Shown here one piece after another: positions 1 through 12,565 of a DNA stretch of 64,000 bases. The number at the start of each line of letters is the position of its first letter. The first letter of the stretch is position 1. The notes under the pieces were generated by a model that was given only the letters and a program-made list of their open reading frames with translations, was not told the origin of the DNA and searched no databases. The stretch spans positions 29,204,001-29,268,000 of the forward strand of contig NC_045696.1 in the NCBI RefSeq assembly GCF_009834535.1, read 5' to 3'. Source of the DNA: Camelus ferus. Taxonomy: Eukaryota. The position numbers were made by a program, and so were the translations under genes.

Positions 1-1276
1 AATTATTATATATGTTTAATTACAGTGTTTTAGTGTGAGACCAGACACATGATATGGGCTTCAATTTTTGTGCAAGCTGCTTCACAGCAGGGAAATAAAA
101 TGTGCTTCAGCCTGTTTTGCAAAACCGAGCAAAAAGGGGACTAGATGAGTCACAGGAAAAATCCATCACAAGAATTGTATAACACGGATTAGAAAAGGAG
201 ACCATATCCGTTCATCCCTATGTTTCTTACAATCTTCAGTTAATTCATCACAGTGTAGCTCCCTGGATATTTAAGGACAATAGAAAATGTCCACAAACCC
301 TCCTCTTATTTCCATTTGTAGCTCGAGGGTGCAGCGGGCTGCAAACAACAAGCCATTTAAATACCTCCCAAGCGCGAGCAGGCGAGCTTGCTGTAAGATG
401 AGCAAGGAAACACAAAGCAGACAGACAGTGAGGATAGGGAAATCATGCAGAAGAACCAAAAGGAAGGAAGAGAAGCAAAGCATACGAAAATGAGAGTCTG
501 CCTAAACCGGGGTATGGTAATAAGCTCAGACACTGGAAAGACTTCAGTCAAAAGTGAAACAGCACATCTGATTTCAGAAGCAGAACAGTGGAATAATGAA
601 TAGTGTCAAACCTTTTGGTCCTTAAAACTAGGTTTAGCTTCATCCCCAGGAAAACCAGTGATTGAAAAAGTACTGGATTCCCCTTGTGTTGCTAAAGTTG
701 AATTTCTTCTTTTTCCCTGAAGCTGCCAAAATAGAAAAATAAGCTCAGAGTAATTGCTAGACTTGGTCTCATAATTATAGGTCTTGTCTGTGCACCTGAA
801 ATAAGTAACTTTTAACCGAAGAAAGTTTTGCTGAATGCACAACAAAGAACATTATTGTTATTTATAAAATTAAATTATACCTTTGAAAAAAAAACAGTGT
901 TTTCAAAGTATCGTAATACTAATCTCAAGCATTTCTTAAGCATAGGCCAACCAATCTTGATTATCTCTCTCACTGCTGATTATTTTGAAGCTTCTCTGCA
1001 GTAAAAACAATCTTAAAAGAAATTACTAGGCCCAAGTCTAGGCCCTAATGTTTAAAGGCAAATACAGAAAAGTTTCTCTTTGTAAATGACATCTGTCCTC
1101 TGGCTCATGACCAAAAATCCCTCCCATCTTATCACTGCTGTGGCTATGAAAACACGGACATAAAAGCTAAAACTCACAATAGCATACACCATAATTCTTG
1201 GTCAATATATTTCCAGAATCTGTAGGAATTTGCACTAACCAACAGCTTGTCGGAACTGACTTAGTATGTACATTTA

Positions 1277-1298
1277 GTGTGTGTGTGTGCGTGTGTGT
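1277..1298. repeat. (GT)n microsatellite
   Basis: Direct reading. Confidence 0.9.
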
Positions 1299-1378
1299 TC
1301 CAGGCTCAGCTACCGACAGTCATGCCTAATTGGAAATAGGGAGGACTCTAACTAATTCCTTCTGTCATTTGATAAGCC

Positions 1379-1933
1379 ACTCAAGTGCCAAGTAAAGATT
1401 CTCTATGAACCAGGAAATTGGACTCATGGCCCGCTTCTCCTTATAGAATACTTGTGTGCTTCTGTCACGACTCCTCTGCTTGTGCCCCTCAGCTGTCCCT
1501 GCCTCACCACCAGTATTCACCTTAGACTGTTGGGTCCATTCTCATTCTGTCCTTTGTTCTTGTTTGCCATTCACCACAAGAAACACAGAATTCCCATGAA
1601 AACCTCACGTCAAGTCTCCTATCCCAGGCACTGAGAACCATTGAGAATAAAAAGAAAACTAAATAGTAAGGAAAGAGACAGACAGACAGAGAAGCACTTC
1701 TTAAAAGTAAGCAGGCAGAAAGTCAGAGGATGCATCTGGAGTCCTGAGTGTTCACAGGACAGAGGGACAGAGGAAGTGTCTGAGGAACAGAATAACAAGA
1801 AAGACCTAGGATCAATAAATCAAAATAGACTCTCTTTTCCCATCTCCATGTTCTATTTCAGTCTGCACTTGCTTGGGGATAAATAAGCCATTTTCTCTTC
1901 TCTGTACTTAATTTTGTGTTCAGTGGAGTATGT
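1379..1933 (+). repeat. Left arm of long inverted repeat IR1
   Basis: Reverse complement of 2847-3402; blocks 1494-1669 and 1691-1933 are identical by manual comparison; the ORF track shows the same peptide on opposite strands. Confidence 0.97.
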
Positions 1934-2445
1934 TGAGCTATTTGGAGATCTAGAAAATATTGTTTAGAAAGATGAGTAAAGATGTGTTTTGAAGAACCCT
2001 TTTTGAGACTGGTTAATACTTATAAAAATAACACTGAGTATGTGTGTACATAATCATGTATAATGATGATAAACTCACAATAACAATGCCTATTATGTGA
2101 AAATGGTTATGATCCTGCCCAGGGAGGAAGTGAGGAGGGAAGAGGGGCCCCGGTTTATTTATTTCTGGAATTTATCAACTGTGAAGGGGAAGAACTTGTC
2201 ATTTTGAGTCCTTTCTAGACCTCTGTTGCAATGATTTCTTGAACTCATTTAGCATAAGAACTGGATGAGTGCCTGTAAAGTATCGTGTAAACTTGACCAG
2301 CTAATCTATTGTTAAGGAAAAAAAAATTCTATTTCTAATAGCTAGGCTTAACATTATCAAAGTCTTCTTTTCCTCTCCTTTTTTTGCTAAGAAAAAAAAT
2401 CAGTAATAATACTTACTGATCAATACATTGTAGTCCTATGGTAAA

Positions 2446-2515
2446 ATATATATATATGTATATGTATGTGTGTATATATATATACACATACATACACACA
2501 CACACATACACACAC
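2446..2515. repeat. Compound (TA)n/(TG)n/(CA)n microsatellite in the IR1 spacer
   Basis: Direct reading. Confidence 0.85.
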
Positions 2516-2846
2516 TGTTAGAGTCTTCAATTCTTGGCTTCAAGGATTTTGAAAGAAGAAAACTTTGCAGCATTTGACAATTCTAAGAGTGATACATAAT
2601 TTATTTTTGGTTATTCATTTTGCAATACTGGAAAAATTACTGAGTGTGCAGTGATTTAAGGGTATCTATAGTTCTCATCAGCTATTACAAAATTTCTCTC
2701 TAGGATTTAGCTATGTCTGAAAAAACTTGGAAAGACAAAATTATTGATTTAAAAAACAGTATAGTTTCACCTTCATTCCTTTAAGCCACTTCTCTCCGTG
2801 TATGCAGCACATGCACTATTATTTATAAGAGTTAAGAAGCATCCTT

Positions 2847-3402
2847 ACATACTCCACTGAACACAAAATTAAGTACAGAGAAGAGAAAATGGCTTATTTA
2901 TCCCCAAGCAAGTGCAGACTGAAATAGAACATGGAGATGGGAAAAGAGAGTCTATTTTGATTTATTGATCCTAGGTCTTTCTTGTTATTCTGTTCCTCAG
3001 ACACTTCCTCTGTCCCTCTGTCCTGTGAACACTCAGGACTCCAGATGCATCCTCTGACTTTCTGCCTGCTTACTTTTAAGAAGTGCTTCACTCTCTCTGT
3101 CTGTCTCACTTCTTACTATTTAGTTTTCTTTTTATTCTCAATGGTTCTCAGTGCCTGGGATAGGAGACTTGACGTGAGGTTTTCATGGGAATTCTGTGTT
3201 TCTTGTGGTGAATGGCAAACAAGAACAAAGGACAGAATGAGAATGGACCCAACAGTCTAAGGTGAATACTGGTGGTGAGGCAGGGACACTGAGGGGCACA
3301 AGTAGAGGAGTCGTGACAGAAGCACACAAGTATTCTTTAAGGAGAAGTGGACCATGAGTCCAGTTTTCTGATTTATAGCGAATCTTTACTCCAGACTTGA
3401 GT
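2847..3402 (-). repeat. Right arm of IR1
   Basis: Reverse complement of 1379-1933; 913-bp spacer at 1934-2846. Confidence 0.97.
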
Positions 3403-3471
3403 AATCCTTTCAACTACTTAATCTCAAATTAAAGCAGTGCAATTTCAACTTCTCTGTTATTCTACTATCAA

Positions 3472-3522
<51 letters not shown>
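3472..3522. repeat. (CA)n microsatellite
   Basis: Direct reading, about 25 units. Confidence 0.95.
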
Positions 3523-3524
<2 letters not shown>

Positions 3525-3992
3525 CTACCATCCAGATTAGTTTTCATAAACTTAGAAAGAAATAGTAAGTCCCATGGTCATCTCATTTCTAGAACAGATT
3601 CAGTACCCTTAACTTTTCTATTATTTTTTCCCAACCAAATAGATCCCATTATTCCTCGGGATTCTTGTGGGTATTACATGTTGGTTTTCACCTGCTGGAT
3701 CTTGCTGGGCATGTTTATTAGAAATAAAAAAGACCCATTCCTGGGTAAGTATCATTGAGAAGAAAAATTTCTTATATCAAAATTAGTATTTTCTGCAGAT
3801 TTCTTTTCTAGATAGGGCAGTTCTAGCTTCTCTAATATATAAACTCCCAAATCTTAGTGGTTTTGCATAATAATACTTTATCTGTCATGTAGCTGTCCAA
3901 TACTGGTGTCCTCTGTAGAATACAGATTTTCATATGGTGATTCAGGGACCCCAGCTTTTTCTGTTTGGAGGCTACATTTTCCCATAGCACAG

Positions 3993-4477
3993 CAGTGATT
4001 CAGGACCCCTGAAAATCCCCAAGACCCTTTCAGTAGATCCATGAGGTAAAACTAATCTTATAAAATACTAAAATGTTATTTGTCTGTTTTATTCTTATGC
4101 CGCAAGTGAACAGTGCGTTTTCTCTAACTATATGATATGTGATGTCACAGCCGCTTGAATGAAGAATTAAGACATTAAAGAGATTTTAAAATGTGAAACA
4201 ATACCATTCATCACTATTTTAATTTTTTTTAATTTTTCAAATTTAATTTTTGAAAGTACAAAATTTTGGAAAATTTTGTAAAATATATTGTTTATACAAT
4301 GGATTTTATTTTATGTAAGTTAATTAAAAACAAATACTTTATAAAAAATTCTCAATTTTTATTCCTAATACAGTAAATATTGGGAAATATAACCCACAAA
4401 TATAAAAGCTCTTTAGATCTTCAATACTGTTTAAGGATGTAATGGAATCCTGAGAACAAAACTGTTGAGAAGTGCTA
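3993..4477 (+). mobile_element. hAT-Charlie (Charlie1/Charlie1b-like) non-autonomous DNA transposon, probably inside an old MaLR LTR relic (~3815-4720)
   Basis: Resembles recalled Charlie1 ends: gacccct..ccccaagaccctttca..gaggtaaaact and ataacccacaaatataaaagctcttt..tcctgagaacaaaactgttgagaa. Confidence 0.75.
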
Positions 4478-4958
4478 CAGGAAGGCATCACACATTTTCC
4501 TTTCAGATGTGGTTGGGAGAAGACAGTGAGGTAGACACAACCACATCTTAAGCTCCTTGGCCCAAATGGATTGATTCTGTTACTATCATTGTTGAGTACA
4601 AGCATGTGGCCCATGAGAAAAGGAGCAAATCCTCTGGGAAACACAGTCCCCATCTCTCAGCCACCTCAGAGCTACAGTCCTATGCTCTGAGAAGAGGAGC
4701 ACACATCTTTGGCAGACAGATAACTGTCCTTTCTACAATTTCCCATAGTAACTATTCTCTTGGAAAGTTGTTTAAATTATGCAGAAGAACATGCCTTGGT
4801 TGAGTTTCCCCCAGTTCTTGTTCTAGAATTCTTATAAGGTAGATCAATTATTCTTCATTGGTTAACACAGCCCTCTTCCCAGAACATGATAAGCCAGTCA
4901 TTGATTAATAAAGTAAAAATTATTAAGGACATGAAACAGTTGAATATATCAGGTTGTG

Positions 4959-5192
4959 CAGGGGTCACCATGGAAAGTTGCACAGTTTGTACACTGAATA
5001 AAGCTAACAGCTGCAGATCTCCTTGGGAGCTGAGGTCCAGCCAGCTCCTCTTAATGAGCTATTCACCTGGCACTGGAGTGTTTCCCAAAAAATAAGGTAT
5101 GCTTTCTTTGGTTAAAAAAGCCTGAATTCACCTGACAGGGTGCTTTTTAAATTATTTTCACAAAGGTGCCACAGAGGCTATCAGCAACCCTG
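4959..5192 (+). mobile_element. MER91-like hAT-Tip100 MITE
   Basis: cagggg...ccctg termini; aagttgcacagtttgtacactg and cacaaaggtgcc..ggcta..ccctg resemble recalled MER91. Confidence 0.6.
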
Positions 5193-5194
5193 TC

Positions 5195-5302
5195 TACTCT
5201 ATGAAGACAGCCATTGAGTATGCTTTCTATTGTCATATCTCTAGCATCTTGATTAGTCTCTGATGAATAATAAAAACTCAATATGTATTTGTTGAATGAA
5301 TA
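5195..5302 (+). mobile_element. L2 3' end fragment
   Basis: Ends in ctcaatatgtatttgttgaatgaat, the typical L2 tail. Confidence 0.55.
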
Positions 5303-5364
5303 CACAAAAGTATTGAGCCATAGATCAATATGTAACTAGAAAGATGATTATAATAGCATAGTTT

Positions 5365-6230
5365 TATACTCTGTCCTTGACTCTAAACTGTTCAACATTT
5401 TTATTAATGCCTTAAAAAGAAAAATGATGCTGATTAAATTTTCAGACAACCCAAATCTGAGAGGATGAGCTGATGCAATTGATGACATTATCAAACTTCA
5501 AAAATAAAAATGGCAGAGTAAATGATGGGTCCAAACTAACACAAATCAATTTAACCAAAAAAAAATCTTGCAAGTGAGCTCAAAGAATCAATTTTATAAT
5601 TATATGCTTAGAAAAGCTTGACAAAAAGTAGTTTACATGAAAAATGCCTAAAAGTTTGTGTTGACTTAAAGTATAAAGTATGATTCACTGCTTCAATAGT
5701 AAGTGATTAATGAAAATAAGGTGTTTAAACATAAATGTACAGTAGATTAACCAAATGCTGGGTTTGTCACTCAACACACTAACTGCTATGCCAATTCAAG
5801 ACATCATATTTTGAAAACTTGCATTTATAGAGGCAAAGTTTGTCCTGAGAAATGTTTGGCCTACAGGGAGAAAGAGGGGAAAAAATATCTAAGACTTATT
5901 TGATATTCATGTTCAGATATTTGAAGGACTTTCTTGTCTTCCAAAAGGAATCTGACCTTACACTGAAGTTCTCCAAAGAGCAGGGCTAGAATTTATATTG
6001 GGTACAGTAGAGGGAAGTACATAGCATCTCAACATTAGGAAAAAGTGTCCAAAAATTAAAGCTTTCAAAAACCAAAACAGACTGTATTTAAACTATTGTG
6101 CTTTCCCTTCTTAATAATCTTCACAAAGATTCCAGATGACAGTGCTATGTCTCTGAAGAACTGGCCGGCCCCTTTATCAGGGAACATAAGTCACTTCAAA
6201 GATTCCTTTCTTAGTCAAGATTCTAGCTAT
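5365..6230 (+). mobile_element. CR1/L3 LINE relic (RT and 3' region)
   Basis: Translates LFNIFINAL...LIKFSDNPNLRG, a degenerate form of the CR1 RT motif LFNIFINDL...LIKFADDTKLGG. Confidence 0.7.
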
Positions 6231-6767
6231 ACTGTGATTCTAATTTTTGTTTGAAGTAGTAACAATAGTAAGTAGGAAAAAAATTGAAAGAAAGATCTTA
6301 GTATTTTTTATTTATTTATTTATTGTTTCAGCAAAATGTTTCTGAATTAGTTCACATAAACCACTGAGAACCACCCCCAATCCTTACCTACCATCTCACC
6401 TACATGTCAGGAGCTACAAATATATACATAGTTGCCCTCACTGATCACTCTCTCTTGCTCTCCCCTCTCCTGAGATATTCAAATTCTTTTATCAACTGTT
6501 CAGGTGGGCTCCCAGACCATCCATCAATTACTCCTTTCCCTACTTTCCAGTCACATCAATTCTTAACATCAAACTCTACAAGTTGTTAGCATATTCAAAA
6601 GGTCATTTTGTCTACACTGTATCAATGGGGATCTCCAAAAGACCCATTCATTACAGAATCTTTTCCCAATAATAATCCTTATATTATCTTGTGCAGAGAA
6701 CTTCCAAAGAAAACGTATCTGTTTTTTTCTGTCACTTTTAATCATTAGTCTGCCCTAGAAACAATTT

Positions 6768-7780
6768 GACAAAGGCTTGATCTCCAGAATATATAAGTAG
6801 CTCATACAACTTAATAAGAAAAAAACAAACAACCCAATCCAAAAGTGGGCAGAAGACCTAAACAAGGAATTCTCCAAGGAAGAAATACAAATGATCAATA
6901 GGCACATGAAAAAATGCTCAATATCACTAATTATCAGAGAAATGCGAATCAAAACTACAATGAGGTATCACCTCACACTAGTCAGAATGGTCATCATTCA
7001 AAAGTCCACAAATGACGAATGCTAGAGAGGCTGTGGAGAAAGGGGAACCCTCCTACACTGCTGGTGGGAATGCAGTTTGGTGCAGCCACTGTGGAAACCA
7101 GTATGGAGATTCCTCAAAAGACTAGGAATAGACTTACCATATGGCCCAGGAATCCCGCTCCTGGGCATATATCCAGAAGGAACCCTACTTCAGGATGACA
7201 CCTGCACCGTGATGTTCATAGCAGCACTATTTACAATAGCCAAAAGATGGGAACAGCCTAAATGTCCATCGACAGATGACTGGATAAAGAAGATGTGGTA
7301 TATTTATACAATGGGATACTATTCAGCCATAAAAAATGACAACATAATGCCATTTGCAGGAACATGGATGTTCCTGGAGAATGTCATTCTAAGTAAGCCA
7401 GAAAGAGAAAGAAAAATGCCATATGAGATCGCTTATATGCAGAATCTAAAAAAAAAAAACCAAAAAACAAACAAACAAAACATAAATACAAAACAGAAAC
7501 AGACTCATAGACATAGAATATAAACTTGTGTTTGCCAAGGGGGCAGGGGGTGGGAAGGGACAGACTGGGATTTCAAAATGTACAATAGATAAACAAGATT
7601 ATACTGTATAGCACAGAGAAATATATACAAGATCTTATGGTAACTCACAGTGAAACAAATGTGACAATGAATATACGTATGTTCACGTATAACTGAAAAA
7701 TTGTGCTCTACACTGGAATTTGACACAACACTGTAAAATGACTATAACTCAATAAAAAAAAAGGTAAAAAAAAATCAAAA
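6768..7780 (+). mobile_element. Young 5'-truncated L1 (ORF2 C-terminus, 3' UTR, polyA)
   Basis: ORF 7077-7523 ([13 protein letters not shown]...MFIAALFTIAKRWEQPKCPSTDDWIKKMWYIYTMGYYSAIK) is the L1 ORF2 C-terminus; A tail; candidate TSD aaacaatttga/aaaaaatttga. Confidence 0.95.
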
Positions 7781-8929
7781 AATTTGAAAAGTTAGCATAT
7801 GTCACTTGAACCAAACTTATCATATTTGTTTCCTACACTAAAAATTATTTTGTTTTTGCTTTTTTTTCACTCAAAATGCATATAGTGATTTTCCTAAAAG
7901 GTAAGATAACAATGAAATGATGGAGAGGAAAGTGAATTGAAAATATCCAATTTGTATAAACTATATGCCTGCATGCATATACTACTATCAAGCTTACTGA
8001 AAATACTAGAAACAGCACATAGAGTCTAGTTTTCTTTTCAAACTTTGTAGAATACAGTGAAAATAACAACTGTTTTGGAACAGTGAATCCAAAGAAATTT
8101 TTCAATGGCACAAAGCACAACTGCAGAACAGAACTAATCTCATGTTCCAGATACCAAGTCAAAGTACGAAGCCCCAGTTGTAACAGATACTTCATTCAGC
8201 AAGGGGTAAGTCATACATATCAGGCAGTAAATGTATCTGATGACAAAGGATAATCTGAGCCTCGAGATTCATCCAATATGGACCCTTTTGGACCAAAATG
8301 TGAATCATAAAATCAGCCTCACAGTGAATTACAGCAACCAGGTGAAAACTCCCACTGCTGCTCTTGACATTGTTATGTGCAGAATTGGAAACAGAAAATA
8401 TGAGAGGCAGATGGAAGAAGAGTTCTAACCTACAGTCGGTTGATAGTTCTTAGGGGCCGTTCACTACTTTCTTCTTGTCAACCATGAATCATCCTATAGC
8501 AGCTTTCTCTCCTTTGTGCCACATAGTAGCACACAGATTACATTCAGGATGACATTGCAAAAATTCTATGACTCTCAGTCCCACAAGCTTTAGCATACAG
8601 AACATTTGGTTAAATTCTCCTGCTTTTTGAACAAGAAATTTTAATAAGTGCATACTCCAGATATGATTATAACTGACAAAATATTTGTGGGAACTTTTTA
8701 TTATGTCCTAAAGGCACTGGATGTTTTATTTAGTTCATTGGTCAGAAACCAAGAAAGCTCATTCATATAATATAATAAGTCAGGGCTAAAGCTAAATATA
8801 TGTATCTTATCAACACATATAAATAAGCTTATGTCATTTATTTAAAGTAAAGCAAAATCTAAAATCTTCTTTTACCTAAAATAACAACATTCAAAGAGAT
8901 TTTTTTAAAGTAAACAAACATATACCTGT

Positions 8930-10950
8930 CTAAAGTGGTACAATTGTTATGAAGAAAAATTTAATAATATCTATTGAAACTACAGATACATTTGGCCTTT
9001 GACTCAACAATCTCATTTCTAGGAAGGTATTCCAAAGATATACTAGCAACAATATGAAAAAAAAGTACAATATTATTTACTGAAGGACTGCTTTATATTA
9101 GCAAAAAAGTGAAAGCAACCCAAATATCCATCATTACAGGACTTGTTTAATAAGTAACGGCATGTTCTACAAAGTGAAGCACTGTTACTGTAAATGAGTG
9201 TTATTCTATATATTACCATAGTGTAATCTTAGATTTACCATTAATTGACAAAAAAAGAAAGATAGAGACAAGTGAGTATGTTGTATCACATCTTAAGAAA
9301 AGAAAAGGATGTCATTACAGATGTTTACATTTGATCAAAAAAATAAAATGGAAAAACAGGATTTTTTTTTTATGTTTACCTATAGATAGCATGTAGGGCA
9401 AGGGTACAGGATCAAGGGAAAAGGGATAGGGGCTAAAGATCTTTGAATACATTATAACTTTATATACTTAAAAAAAAAACCCTGAAAAATAAAAACATGA
9501 CAAATAACAATATACAAATAAAACTGTCTAATTTGTTGGTGGCATAACCACCCAAAGAGTAGCCATTTCAAAAGTCTTTAATATAGTAATTTAACTTTAA
9601 AAAACTTACCCTGATTTCCATAAACTTTTGGTGAAAATTGTGATTGTTAATGAAGACTTTTGTATATTTTATGACATAAAGCAGATGAGCAATTATGTAG
9701 TAACCTCAGTCTATCATTGCTATTAATGTTTGGAACTGATATTCTCTGTGTGGCAGAAGAGATTTAAATTGAAACATTAGAAATGGTTAAGTATAAATTC
9801 AACAGTTTTGAATTGTAATTGAAAAATCAGTTGAACTCATGATATATTTCACCTTATAAAAGTAATCCTACTTGCACTACTGATAAGCCCTAAAATTAAT
9901 GACCCACGCTTGCGTATAAGTAAGTTTATTAAAAGGGCTCCTTGGAAAAATGTCCATTACAGGTATGAAACTGCATACATACTATTTGAGCCTGGAGCTC
10001 ATAACTCTTAGCAAGGAAGACAGCAGAGGCTACTCTAGTCACACCAAATGGAGACACAAGTCAATTTGACTGGGCTCTACTGGCCAAAGAAATAAGAAAG
10101 ATAATCACTGTAATAGAGGAAACACATCAAATCCATTTAAATTAACAAATTAATAACTGTACTAAAAGACAAAAAAAAAACATATTTGGTCGCCATTGAA
10201 GTATACTAATTAACCTAATATTTTAAAAACTGGTAAATGGAGCAAAATAAATATTTATCCTGCCTTTTCTATGTGAATTTTACCAAACAGTAACCAAATA
10301 GACAATGAATATTTGTGTTTCTAGAAGGTAATAAAAGAAAAAATAAATAAAAGAATCAAAGTATTGCAATTTTGTTGTCCCTAAAATATTAACAGATAAA
10401 GACACTAAATATTAATGGCCACCAAATTACAGACAGAGAAACAAAATTATGTGCTTTCTAATGAAAGGATATATCATCACCAAGGAAGGAGATGTAACAA
10501 ACACACCACACCTGAATTTGATCGCCTCTTAGATTCAACCAATAAACATAATACACAGAGGTCAGATAAATATACTACAAGATACTATGAAGATTCAATC
10601 AGCTAAATTCGAGCTGTGGGTAACTCTAAAGAAGAATGACATTATTTCTGACACACAAGTGTCAAAGAAAAAGAGAAAGAAAGATGGAGAGGAAGCATTC
10701 CTATTAAAAGAAATTAAGATATTTCAAATCAAAAGTACTGTGAAAACCTTGCTTGGATTTAGAGTAAATGAAGCAAACAATTTTATTTATGAAACAACTG
10801 TAGATTAGAACACGGACTGCTATTTTTATGAATTAAAGAACTTTATTGTCATATTTAGGTGCGATAATGGTAATGCACTTTTTTAGGAGTCCTTAACTTT
10901 TAGAGATACATATTGAAATACAGATAAGATTCTATATAATGTCAGGGATT
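8930..10950 (+). mobile_element. Old L1M (L1MC/MD-like) 3' region
   Basis: Decayed ORF2-end motifs (gcaacccaaatatccatca) followed by a long A-rich 3' UTR-like sequence. Confidence 0.6.
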
Positions 10951-10984
10951 ATTTCAATATAACACAGTGTTTTAGTGGGTGAGG

Positions 10985-11330
10985 GTGTTAGGTCAAGTTC
11001 CCCAAAAGCAGACCTGGAGACAAAGATTTATGGGGCCATTTTGTTAAGTTAGCACACCTGCTGACACTCATGCAGAGCAGACGAGAGTGGGAATGAACAG
11101 GTGTTTCATGGAATGTTCTACAGAAGGCAGCTTTAACATGACCCTGCAGTGGAAGTAAGGAGGACAAATTAAACCTTTGAGATTTGCGAACCCAATCCAT
11201 AGAAGCTATGCTTTCATGCCCCACATCTATCAATAATTGTTCAAGAGCCATCCAGGGACTACTAAATTCTCAGGTACTGCTGTCTTGAGACAAGTGTGGG
11301 GAGATAGAAGCACACAAATAAGGAGCTGAA
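10985..11330 (-). mobile_element. Old ERVL/MaLR-class solo LTR
   Basis: ggtcaagttccccaaaagcagacctggagacaaagattt start resembles LTR16/MLT1-type LTRs and the LTR at 29981. Confidence 0.5.
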
Positions 11331-11643
11331 GAATCGACTTTGTATGTTACAAGGACTATGTGTGAAACAAGGTTGGTCAAGTTGATAACTGGAGTTGGGT
11401 GGTGGATGGTGAATATATGGATGCTGCCTGTATATTCTGTGTTCTTTGGAATTTCTTTAACACCCCCACCAAAAGGTTTAAAAGATGACAATTTTCAATA
11501 AATAAACTGATTTCAAAGTATTTTCCTAATGTTCCCTGGTTTATGCCAACATGACTTCAATCTTTGCTTCCCTCTTCACATGGCTTTCTTCCTGGTGTCT
11601 CTCTCTGCATCTGTATATGTCAAAACTCTCCCTCCTCACTCTT

Positions 11644-11973
11644 TTCTTTCATTCTTTCTTTTTTTAAATTAAAGTATAGTTGATTTACAATGTTGTGTTA
11701 ATTTCTGGCATACAGCATAGTGATTCATTATACATACATACATATATATTCCTTTTCATATTCTTCATTATAAGCCTATACAAGGTATTGAATATAGTTT
11801 CCTGTGGTATACAGTAGGACTTTGTTGTTTATCTATTTTGTATATAGTGGTTAGTATCTACAAATCCCAAGCTCTCAATTTATCCCTTCCCAATCCCTTC
11901 CCCCCTGGTAACCATAAGTTTATTTTCTATGCCCGTGAGTCTGTTTCTGTTTTGTAAATAAGTTCATTTGTCC
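11644..11973 (-). mobile_element. L1 3' end fragment (older subfamily)
   Basis: T-rich tail then reverse L1 3' UTR; TSD cctcactctt at 11634-11643 and 11974-11983. Confidence 0.9.
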
Positions 11974-12001
11974 CCTCACTCTTATAAAAACAACAGTCAT
12001 T

Positions 12002-12565
12002 ATACAATGGAATACTATTCAGCCATAAAAATGACAACATAACGCCATTTGCAACCACATGGATGTCCGTGGAGAATGTCATTCTAAGAGAAGTAAGCCA
12101 GAAAGAGAAGAAAAATACCATATTAGATCGCTCATATGTGGAATCTAAAAAAAAAAAAAATGAACATAAATATAAAACAGAAACAGACTCATAGACATAC
12201 AATACAAACTTATGGTTGCCAAGGGGGAGGAGGGTGGGAAGGGACAGATTGGGAGTTCGAAATTTGTAGATACTGACAGGCATATGTAGAATAGATAAAC
12301 AAGATTATACTGTATAGCACAAGTATAATATATACAAGATCCTGTGGTAGCTCACAGCAGAAAAAGAAAATATGACAATGAATATATGTATGTTCATGTA
12401 TAACTGAAAAATTGTGCTCTACACTGAAAATTGACACAACGTTGTAAAATCACTATAACTCAATAAAAGAAAGTTTAAAAAAAGAATATATAGTAACCTA
12501 TTTTAGACTAGCATTTAGAAATAACAACTACTCTTTAAAGTAAAAAAAACAAAAACAAAAAAAAA
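12002..12565 (+). mobile_element. Young L1 3' fragment with extra downstream segment and second A tail
   Basis: Highly similar to 7305-7760; imperfect TSD aaaaacaacagtcatt/aaaaaaaccactcatt. Confidence 0.9.

Noticed and set aside
1641..3109. Duplicate ORFs 1641-1886 (+) and 2894-3109 (-) as a gene pair
   Set aside because: Identity follows from the inverted repeat; non-ATG starts, differing N-termini, no recognisable protein
1379..3402. IR1 as a foldback DNA transposon with long TIRs
   Set aside because: No TSD, outer ends are the most diverged part, and the spacer has no transposase-like ORF
11644..12565. Twin-priming 5' inversion of a single L1
   Set aside because: Both pieces have their own tail and TSD, cover the same 3' UTR region and differ in subfamily
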